From Candidatus Saccharimonadota bacterium (GTDB taxonomy: Archaea > Nanohalarchaeota > Nanosalinia > Nanosalinales > Nanosalinaceae): a stretch of 32,000 bases of DNA. The notes under the pieces are model-generated. The model worked only from the letters and a program-made list of their open reading frames with translations, searched no databases and was not told the DNA's origin. A program made the translations under genes and the position numbers. Location: the NCBI GenBank assembly GCA_001761425.1, contig CP012986.1:960001-992000 (forward strand), in the 5' to 3' direction. Positions within the stretch are counted from its first letter, which is position 1; the number at the start of each line of letters is the position of its first letter. Below, in pieces: positions 7,870 through 15,286 of the stretch.

Positions 7870-9054
7870 ATGAAAGGAGTACCTGAAGCGAACATAGGCC
7901 TTGTAGGCCACGTAGATCACGGAAAGACTACTCTTACAAACGCTCTGTCTGGCAAATGGACGGATGAACACAGCGAAGAGCTGAAGAAAGGAATCACGAT
8001 AAGACTTGGTTACGCCGACATCACCTATTATAGAGACGATGAAGGCCTTAATGTTGATGGGAACGGCGAGGAGGAACGAACTGTTTCTCTTGTCGATGCT
8101 CCTGGTCACGAGACTTTGATGGCCAACGTTCTTTCCGGAGCTGCGATCATGGATGGAGCTATCCTTATCATCGCTGCCGATGAAGAGTGTCCTCAGCCTC
8201 AGACACGTGAGCATCTCGCAGCTTTGGATATTATCGGAATTGATAATATCATAATTGTACAGAACAAGATCGACCTCGTTGACGAAGATCAGGCGAAGCA
8301 AAACTACGGGGAGATTCAGGAGTTCGTTTCAGGTACTGTAGCAGAGGATGCGCCTGTCGTACCGATCTCTGCACAGCACGAGGTTAACATCGACGCACTT
8401 CTCGAAGCTCTTCACAGAGAGATTCCTACACCGGAAAGAGACTTTGACAGCGATCCGAAGATGCTTGTGGCAAGAAGTTTCGACATCAACAAGCCAGGAA
8501 CAGATCCTGAAGACATTAGAGGAGGAGTACTGGGCGGAAGCCTCGTACGCGGAGAACTTGAGGGAGAAGACGAGATAGAAATCAAGCCAGGCCTCAGAAA
8601 CGGAGATGACTGGCAGACGGTTACTACAAAAGTTGAAAGCATCATCCAGGGAAACAGTCCTGTCGATAAAGGAAGGCCTGGAGGCCTTATGAGCGTGGAG
8701 ACAGAGCTTGATCCTGCTACGGCTAAATCCGACGGCCTTTCAGGTAACGTATTAGGCCTCAAAGGAGAATTGCCGGATATTACCTCGGAGATAGAGGTAG
8801 AGGTCGAATTAATGGATCGGCTTGTCGGTGCAGAGGACGAACAGGAAGTTGATAACGTTAAGGAGCATGAGGCCTTGATGATCAACGTGGGCACATCCAA
8901 GTCCGCTGGAATCGTGACACAAGCCGGTAAAAACGTCAGGCTTGATCTTAAAGTTCCTGTATGCGCCGAAGAAGGAGACAGAGTTGCTATTTCCCGCCAG
9001 GTAGGGTCACGCTGGCGTCTTATAGGCCATGGAACGATTAAATCTGTCGAGTAA
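7870..9054 (+). CDS. eif2g: Translation initiation factor aIF2, gamma subunit
   Basis: GTPase motifs are GHVDHGKTT, DAPGH and QNKID, and the C-terminus ISRQVGSRWRLIGHG is typical of aIF2-gamma. The start is 3 nt after the rps6e stop. Confidence 0.93.
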   Translation: MKGVPEANIGLVGHVDHGKTTLTNALSGKWTDEHSEELKKGITIRLGYADITYYRDDEGLNVDGNGEEERTVSLVDAPGHETLMANVLSGAAIMDGAILIIAADEECPQPQTREHLAALDIIGIDNIIIVQNKIDLVDEDQAKQNYGEIQEFVSGTVAEDAPVVPISAQHEVNIDALLEALHREIPTPERDFDSDPKMLVARSFDINKPGTDPEDIRGGVLGGSLVRGELEGEDEIEIKPGLRNGDDWQTVTTKVESIIQGNSPVDKGRPGGLMSVETELDPATAKSDGLSGNVLGLKGELPDITSEIEVEVELMDRLVGAEDEQEVDNVKEHEALMINVGTSKSAGIVTQAGKNVRLDLKVPVCAEEGDRVAISRQVGSRWRLIGHGTIKSVE

Positions 9055-9064
9055 AAACGCAGGG

Positions 9065-9072
9065 TTTTTATA
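9065..9072 (+). promoter_or_regulatory. TATA-box-like element (TTTTTATA) about 26 nt upstream of the ATG, suggesting a leaderless mRNA
   Basis: TTTTTATA lies at 9065-9072 and the ATG is at 9095, with no SD between them. The same octamer occurs at the same spacing at 27081-27088. Confidence 0.35.
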
Positions 9073-9094
9073 CTAGGCGGATAGAGTAGGGATT

Positions 9095-10651
9095 ATGATC
9101 GACCCTGTAAATTCTCTCCTAAGTTTGACGACAAGTCAGCAGCCACTGATTCATATACTGATAACTTTACTGATCCTGGCAGGAGGCCATTTAGTGGTGA
9201 AGGCCCTGAAAATCGGGGTCAGAAAGGCCTGGGTCACCGGAGACGGAGAAGTCACCAAGAAAAGAATAAAGCAGAGAGAAGGAAAGATAGAGCTTGGAGG
9301 AAACATACTTGATGCAGGAGTCATCACACTGGCTCTACTCTACCTGAACACAGGAATAACAACACAGCTATTCGAAAGCCTCCAGGATTACCTTCCAAGA
9401 CTATTCACAGTAATACTTATCGGAATACTGGGAGTAACAGTGATCAACATCGCAACACAGGTGCTCAGAAACTTTTTACAGACAACAGGAGTCAGAAACT
9501 ACATCAGGGAGACAGGCCTCTCCATAAACAGTATAAAACTACTTGTAGGATCATTCAAGGCCTTTCTCTACCTGCTTCTTGTACAGGTCCTGGTATCCCA
9601 GTTGAACATAGGCAGTACATTGATCAGTGAGATAATCAATGCCTCATCGTGGGCGATTGCTTTCCTGATCGCAGGCCTCCTTTTCTACGGGTTCAAGGAC
9701 CTGTTCCAGAACTTTGCGGCAGGTGTTTACCTGAAGAATTCAAGGATTGTCAGGCCTGGTGAGGAGGTGAAGGTTGATGACGAATCCGGTGAAATCCGGG
9801 ATGTTTCGCTTTTCAGCACTACGGTAAACACTAATTCCGGTTATACCGTGCTTGCTCCTAACTCAGAGATCATGGAAAAGCACCTGAAGTTCAAACGTGC
9901 ACAGAGCGATCTTGATACTCTGGAGGAGATCAGCAATTACTTTGTAGCTGAGAGGTCTGGTTATTCTGGGGCTGCGAGCCTTGAGATGGCTCTGGAAGTC
10001 CTGGGTTTCCGGAAGGGTCAGGACGAGATCCAGGACAAAATGAACGAGCAGGAGGCAGATGAAGACGGAAAGAATCTTGATGAGGTCCAGAAAATTCAGG
10101 AGACTGTGTCAGAGCTGACGAACTACCGCCTGAACTCTGCATGGATCAAGGAGGAAAAAATCTCTGATGTCAGCGATGAACTGAAGGCCTGGTTCAATGA
10201 TGGAGGCCTGGCAGTCCTGAAGATGAAGAAGGATATCGCCGGTGAACAGGAGGAACAAGGTTACGTTCTTGCTACAGCAGTTGAGGGAGAGGAAGTGCTT
10301 CTGGTTGATCCTGTGGAGAGAGGTGTTTACTATGTCCACAAGGATAAGCTGGAAAGAGCTCTCGACATGAACGGTGGAGGCTACCTGGTTATCGCTGCTG
10401 AAGGGACTACCTCTTTCTGGAGGATCAAAAACGGTTTGATCTACAGTGAGAAGAAGGACTACAGTGAGGAGCTTTCGAAGACTCTTGAATCAAGACTGAG
10501 GAAGATCGTTCGTCAGGGGAGGATCATTCAGAATGTGACGCCTGAGGCCATGAAGGAGTATATCGAGAAGTGGAGGGCAGACGATACATCAGCGCTTCTG
10601 TGGAAACCAAGTGAGGGGGATGAGGATGACGAAACTGCTGAAGGTAACTGA
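9095..10651 (+). CDS. MscS-family mechanosensitive channel fused to a C-terminal papain-like (peptidase C39-like) domain with substituted catalytic residues
   Basis: The N-terminus has multiple TM helices. The MscS beta-domain is FQNFAAGVYLKNSRIVRPGEEVKVDDESGEIRDVSLFSTTVNTNSGYTVLAPNSEI. The C-terminal segment SGYSGAASLEMALEVLGF...QGYVLATAVEGEEVLLVDP matches the C39-like pattern xCGPASLAMVLxxxG...GHYVVxxGxxxxxVxxxDP, but with Ser for the Cys and Gly for the His. Confidence 0.75.
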   Translation: MIDPVNSLLSLTTSQQPLIHILITLLILAGGHLVVKALKIGVRKAWVTGDGEVTKKRIKQREGKIELGGNILDAGVITLALLYLNTGITTQLFESLQDYLPRLFTVILIGILGVTVINIATQVLRNFLQTTGVRNYIRETGLSINSIKLLVGSFKAFLYLLLVQVLVSQLNIGSTLISEIINASSWAIAFLIAGLLFYGFKDLFQNFAAGVYLKNSRIVRPGEEVKVDDESGEIRDVSLFSTTVNTNSGYTVLAPNSEIMEKHLKFKRAQSDLDTLEEISNYFVAERSGYSGAASLEMALEVLGFRKGQDEIQDKMNEQEADEDGKNLDEVQKIQETVSELTNYRLNSAWIKEEKISDVSDELKAWFNDGGLAVLKMKKDIAGEQEEQGYVLATAVEGEEVLLVDPVERGVYYVHKDKLERALDMNGGGYLVIAAEGTTSFWRIKNGLIYSEKKDYSEELSKTLESRLRKIVRQGRIIQNVTPEAMKEYIEKWRADDTSALLWKPSEGDEDDETAEGN

Positions 10652-11432
10652 CAGAGACTACGATGAGTTCGAGGAGGTCTTCGATGAGGTCAACGAAGCA
10701 GCTATCGACGAAGTAGCTCCGGAAGTCATTGACGGGAACAAAGATGTCAAGGTCTCCGGAGAATCCATAGAAAAGTACGACGCAGCCTATATCGAGATAG
10801 CCCCAAAGAACGCAGTCTTTGGAAGAGTCGCACTTGAAATGATAACCGAAAAAGGCGTCAAAACCAATCACACCTCAACAGGCTTCTTCATCGCAGCCAA
10901 AAAAAACTATCTCTACTACGTACTCCACGAGAAAAACATTCCAGCACCAAAGACAGTCGTGGTAGCAACAGGTAAGGCCTCAAGGAATATAGAGAAAGAG
11001 CTAAGAGGGCCTCTGATCGCAAGAAAACTTGAGAACCTTGAAAAATCTGAGAGCAAAAAGCTTGAGAAGGTAAAGGATATCACAGAGTTCGCAGAAGGCT
11101 CAGAATACGACGAGGACATCCTTCTGTTCCATGAATACAACTCCGGGGACAAGTATCGCTGTCTGGTCGCAGGCGATCAGATAATATCTCTCAGGGACAG
11201 ATCCGAGGGCTGGAGATTCGATGAGGACAGCTTAAGCTACTCAAACATCTCAGACCGGCAGAGAGAAGTGATAAAGAAAAGCTCTGAGGCCCTGGGGACA
11301 CCTGTTTTAGAGGTGAAGATGAGGGGAGAGGAAGTGTTCGATATCAATCCCAACCCAGATCTGAAGCTTTTCACAGACGTATCAGGCAAAAACGCATTTG
11401 AAGCAGCAGCAGAGGCCTTGAAAAGTGATTAA
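10620..11432 (+). CDS. Degenerate RimK-like ATP-grasp paralogue (probably non-catalytic)
   Basis: The track starts at GTG 10611. ATGs at 10620 and 10626 follow a GAGGGGGA purine run, and the gene overlaps the MscS gene 3' end by about 30 nt. It aligns by eye with the downstream ligase: KNYLYYVL/NKFYSMKIL, LLFHEY/CLQEF, DKYRCLVAGD/DTRIITIGD and GWRF/GWRS. The Gly-rich ATP loop is replaced by RKLENLEKSES. The SN-x-GG block is lost and the E-x-N block is altered. Confidence 0.65.
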   Translation: MRMTKLLKVTDRDYDEFEEVFDEVNEAAIDEVAPEVIDGNKDVKVSGESIEKYDAAYIEIAPKNAVFGRVALEMITEKGVKTNHTSTGFFIAAKKNYLYYVLHEKNIPAPKTVVVATGKASRNIEKELRGPLIARKLENLEKSESKKLEKVKDITEFAEGSEYDEDILLFHEYNSGDKYRCLVAGDQIISLRDRSEGWRFDEDSLSYSNISDRQREVIKKSSEALGTPVLEVKMRGEEVFDINPNPDLKLFTDVSGKNAFEAAAEALKSD

Positions 11433-11435
11433 AAG

Positions 11436-12320
11436 ATGAAATTAGGGATCGTCTACGGCGAGATATCCACAAAGCACCAGTTGATTATGGAGAGGGCAGA
11501 AGATATATTTGACTCGGTTCTGGCTGCTCCTATAGACGGCGTCAAGTTCATCCACGGCGAGGACGAATCAAAGGTACTTTACAAAGACGCAGATCTAACA
11601 GAGTTCGATGCAGTATATATCAGGATCGCAGACAATGATATGATGTTTGCAGAACACCTCGTCGAAGTTCTGAATGATGCAGGAGTGGTTACACAGGCCC
11701 ACAACGATACATACAGCTATGAATCCAACAAGTTCTACAGCATGAAGATACTGGCGGAAAACGGAGTTAAGGTACCGGACAGCGTCTACACTTTAAGCCC
11801 TGGAGTCGCTGTAGACGCAGCGGAAGGCCTCGGCTACCCCATAATCATGAAAACCGTACGTGGTGCCGGCGGAGAAGGAGTCATGAGAGCAGGATCTGAA
11901 AACGAGTTAAAACCGGTTATGGACACGATGAAATCCCTGGAACAGGAAATCTGCCTCCAGGAATTCAAGGAACACGGAGGAGAAGACACCAGGATAATCA
12001 CAATAGGCGACTACATAACCGCATACAGCCGGAGCAGCGGAGGAAACGGCTGGCGCTCAAACATCTCAGGAGGCGGAGAACGGATAGAAGCCGACGTCAC
12101 AGAAAAAATGAAACAGGCAGCCTACAGATCATGCAGAGCAGTAGGATTCGAAATAGGCGGAAGCGACGTCATAAACACAGAAGAAGGACCTTACGTACTG
12201 GAAGTCAACGGCTCCTTCGGAATAAGCGAAGAAATGAACGAAATAATCGGAGAAGACGTCGTACTGAAGATGGTAGAACGCATGCACAAAAGAGCGCTCA
12301 AGAGACAGAGAGAAAACTAG
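11436..12320 (+). CDS. RimK-family ATP-grasp ligase (alpha-L-glutamate ligase-like; RimK/LysX/CofF/MptN clade)
   Basis: Motifs are PIIMKTVRGAGGEGV, CLQEF, DTRIITIGD, WRSNISGGG and YVLEVNGSFG. The start is 3 nt after the preceding stop. Confidence 0.85.
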   Translation: MKLGIVYGEISTKHQLIMERAEDIFDSVLAAPIDGVKFIHGEDESKVLYKDADLTEFDAVYIRIADNDMMFAEHLVEVLNDAGVVTQAHNDTYSYESNKFYSMKILAENGVKVPDSVYTLSPGVAVDAAEGLGYPIIMKTVRGAGGEGVMRAGSENELKPVMDTMKSLEQEICLQEFKEHGGEDTRIITIGDYITAYSRSSGGNGWRSNISGGGERIEADVTEKMKQAAYRSCRAVGFEIGGSDVINTEEGPYVLEVNGSFGISEEMNEIIGEDVVLKMVERMHKRALKRQREN

Positions 12321-13246
12321 AGCTGAGACAAGGCCTCAACCAGTCTTTCTATACCAGGCCTCTCATACTCCTCCCTTCCCTCGCCATCACTGAAGTACAT
12401 TCCCGGTTTCGAATTAAGTTCCAGGATGTAAGGCCTTCCTTCCTTCGAAATAATGAAATCCACTGAGAAAAAGCACGGCCGGTATCCTTCCAGCTTTTCG
12501 CTCACCTCTCTCGCAGACTCCATGACCTCTCCAGGGACATCTTCAAGCCCGATGTATGTTATAGAGCCCTGCTTGGCAACATTACTGACACCGTCTTCCT
12601 CCTCCGGCGTCCGAACATATGTATACACTGGCTCATTGTTGACAAATACTATCCTGAGGTCATGCTGTTTCCCGGAGACCCCCGGAAGCGGAACCTCAGA
12701 GGCCTCAACAAACTCCTGGACCACGTACTCAGTATCATCTTCAAGCTCAAGGCCTTCTTTACTTTCTATAATATGGACGTTTTCTCCACCATGCCCGTAT
12801 CTGGGTTTGACCACGACTTTCCCATGTTCCTCAATCATATCCTGCAGAAACTCCTGAGAAGCCGTACTGGGGAAAAACTCCGGGAACTTTTCAGCCGACC
12901 TTAACTTGTCCTTGCAGAACTTCTCCAGTTCAAAATCATTAACAACAGGAAGTTCCTCGTTTAACTTCTCCTTAACCTCCTCTGTCTCCTCATTGAATGG
13001 GAACTTGTCAAAGGCCCCGTCGATATTGACATTCTTGATTTTCTCCCATTCCGAACCATTCCAGAAAAAGGCTTTCTCCAGCTTCCCTTTTTTATACCAG
13101 CTGTAATGTGCGTAGAATAGTTCAAGGCCTTTCTGCTTCCCAACCTCGGAATATGTCTGGTAGTCTCTGTTCTGATAGTGCTTGCTGAAAGGTCTTTCCT
13201 CCCAGCCTATGGCATCGCCCCAGATCACACCGATGTTCTTGGTCAT
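12317..13246 (-). CDS. ATP-grasp ligase, YheC/YheD-like (paralogue 3 of 3 in transcription order)
   Basis: Motifs are VVKPRYGHGGENV, HDLRIVFVN, SNVAKQGS and SVDFII...PYILELNSKPGMY. The N-terminal block is EKAFFWNGSEWEKIKNVNIDGAFDKF. Its stop overlaps the stop of the convergent RimK-like gene within CTAG at 12317-12320. Confidence 0.8.
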   Translation of the reverse strand: MTKNIGVIWGDAIGWEERPFSKHYQNRDYQTYSEVGKQKGLELFYAHYSWYKKGKLEKAFFWNGSEWEKIKNVNIDGAFDKFPFNEETEEVKEKLNEELPVVNDFELEKFCKDKLRSAEKFPEFFPSTASQEFLQDMIEEHGKVVVKPRYGHGGENVHIIESKEGLELEDDTEYVVQEFVEASEVPLPGVSGKQHDLRIVFVNNEPVYTYVRTPEEEDGVSNVAKQGSITYIGLEDVPGEVMESAREVSEKLEGYRPCFFSVDFIISKEGRPYILELNSKPGMYFSDGEGREEYERPGIERLVEALSQL

Positions 13247-13289
13247 TCAGAGACTCTCGCCGATAAACACGGCTTTTCAGGCCTCATTT

Positions 13290-14273
13290 TTAATCTTTGG
13301 CCAGCTCCTGAACCGCGTCCACGATTTTCAGCATCCAGGGCCTCTCCCATTCCTCACTTCTTCCAGGACCGTGATAATAAACGCCTGGCTGAGAGTTAAG
13401 CTCGACGATAAACGGCTCTCCATCAGCGATCATGAAATCAACAGTATAGATTACAGGCCTGAAATCCTCGAGCTCGTCCGCCACTTCCTGGACACGAGAT
13501 AGAACTTTCTCAGGCACATCCTCAAGGCCTATATACTTCTTCGAGCCTCCCTGCGCCACGTTAGAAAGCACAGAGTCCTCGCCTGGGATCCTGAGATAGC
13601 TGCCGACGACTTCATCGTTTACCACGAGAATTCTGAGATCGTGAGGGCCTTCCACGTCCAGTTCAGGTATACCTGCGTCATCAACAAAACTCTGGACGAT
13701 AACTGTATCAGGATCCATCACATCGTAATCCTCCATAGACTCGACCACGCGTATATCTTCGCCGGAGGAACCGTAACGAGGCTTGAGAATCGCTTTACCG
13801 TGTTTTTCAAGCATTTCCTCGACGCTTTCTTTTGAGGCCTTCCTGGTCTCCGGAATGTACTCGGGGAAACGCCTGTAAGTCTTTAATTTATCCTGACACA
13901 GGTCAGCGACCTCGGGATCGTTCAGGACACCGATCTCACTCTTCATCTCATCCTTAAGCTCGTACTTCTCCCTGTCATGGCGGAAAAGATCGTAGACACC
14001 ATCCAGCTGAACATCTTCAACTTTCTCCCACTCCTCTCCGTTCCAGCGGAAGGCCTTCTCCATTTTTCCTGAATCATACCAGCGGTACTCTCCGCATACC
14101 ACGTCAACCCCGTGTTCTCTCAGCATTTCCGTATATTCGGCATAATCATCATTTTTCCACTGCTTGTCGAACGGTTTACCGCGGTCAAACTTTACCTCGT
14201 TCTCCCACCACAGGAAAGCAACCAACTTCTGAGACGAATCTGACCCAGCTTCAGACGGTTCACCAGATGACAT
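13290..14273 (-). CDS. ATP-grasp ligase, YheC/YheD-like (paralogue 2 of 3)
   Basis: Motifs are ILKPRYGSSGEDI, HDLRILVVN, SNVAQGGS and TVDFMI...FIVELNSQPGVY. The track starts at GTG 14294, inside the upstream gene. The ATG at 14273 lies 7 nt after that gene's stop and is preferred. Confidence 0.8.
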   Translation of the reverse strand: MSSGEPSEAGSDSSQKLVAFLWWENEVKFDRGKPFDKQWKNDDYAEYTEMLREHGVDVVCGEYRWYDSGKMEKAFRWNGEEWEKVEDVQLDGVYDLFRHDREKYELKDEMKSEIGVLNDPEVADLCQDKLKTYRRFPEYIPETRKASKESVEEMLEKHGKAILKPRYGSSGEDIRVVESMEDYDVMDPDTVIVQSFVDDAGIPELDVEGPHDLRILVVNDEVVGSYLRIPGEDSVLSNVAQGGSKKYIGLEDVPEKVLSRVQEVADELEDFRPVIYTVDFMIADGEPFIVELNSQPGVYYHGPGRSEEWERPWMLKIVDAVQELAKD

Positions 14274-14280
14274 AGAGAAA

Positions 14281-15231
14281 TCAGGCCTCTGCACGTTTTC
14301 TCAGCATTTTGAGGATGTTTTTGATCTTCGGAATCTCTTTCTCCTTCTCCTTGACCTTGTGATGATAGTAAGTTCCCGGCTTCGAGTTCAGCTCTACGAC
14401 CCACGGCTTCAGGTCCTCGTCAAACATGATATCGACGGAGAAAATCGCCGGCTGGTACTGTTCAAACTCTCCCTTGATCTCCTCGATAATCTCAATCACT
14501 TCATCCGGCAGCTGTTCACGTGAAATATACTTCTGGTTCCCGCCACGAGAAATATTCGATATAAGGCCTTCATCAGGGACACGGACGTAGTTGCCGTTCT
14601 GGACCTCGCCGTCGATGACGATAGTCCTCAAGTCGTGAGGGCCTTCAACACCCCACTCCGGGTAGCCGTCTGTCGGGATAAACCGCTGTACGATGAAATC
14701 TTCCGGCTCGTCAGGCTCGTCAAAATCCTCCAGTTTCTCTACTACCTCAACTCCGTGACCTGCGAAGCCGTAACGCGGCTTGAATACGAACATGCCGTAT
14801 TTTTCCAGCATCTTGGAGGCGTTTTCTACAGTAGCAGTCCTGGTCTCCGCAATCCTGTCCGAAAAAAGCTCGTAGGTCTGAAGTTTATCCTTACAGATCT
14901 CCTCCATCTCAGGATTGTTCACACAGCCTACATCCCTGAAAATCTCTTTCTTCAGTTCCCTTGTCTCTCTATCAAATTTGAACTTATCATAAACCAGGTC
15001 AAGGCCTACATCTTCAACTTTCTCCCACTCAGAACCGTTCCAGTAAAAGGCCTTTTCCAGTTCTCCATCTTCGTACCATCTGTATTTGGCTATGTAGACT
15101 TTCAGGCCTTCGCTGTGGCCAAGTTCTGTGTATTTTGCGAAGTCCTTGCTTCTTTCTCCTCCGAAAGGATCTTCTCTATCCCATTCTACTTCTGCATCCC
15201 AAAGTAATCCGACGGCATGTTCTTCTGTCAT
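14281..15231 (-). CDS. ATP-grasp ligase, YheC/YheD-like (paralogue 1 of 3)
   Basis: Motifs are VFKPRYGFAGHGV, HDLRTIVID, SNISRGGN and SVDIMF...WVVELNSKPGTY. The N-terminal block is EKAFYWNGSEWEKVEDVGLDLVYDKF. Confidence 0.8.
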   Translation of the reverse strand: MTEEHAVGLLWDAEVEWDREDPFGGERSKDFAKYTELGHSEGLKVYIAKYRWYEDGELEKAFYWNGSEWEKVEDVGLDLVYDKFKFDRETRELKKEIFRDVGCVNNPEMEEICKDKLQTYELFSDRIAETRTATVENASKMLEKYGMFVFKPRYGFAGHGVEVVEKLEDFDEPDEPEDFIVQRFIPTDGYPEWGVEGPHDLRTIVIDGEVQNGNYVRVPDEGLISNISRGGNQKYISREQLPDEVIEIIEEIKGEFEQYQPAIFSVDIMFDEDLKPWVVELNSKPGTYYHHKVKEKEKEIPKIKNILKMLRKRAEA

Positions 15232-15286
15232 AAACGGATTTTACGCGGCTACACTCTTTAAATCCAGTGACTCCTCAGATAGATCT

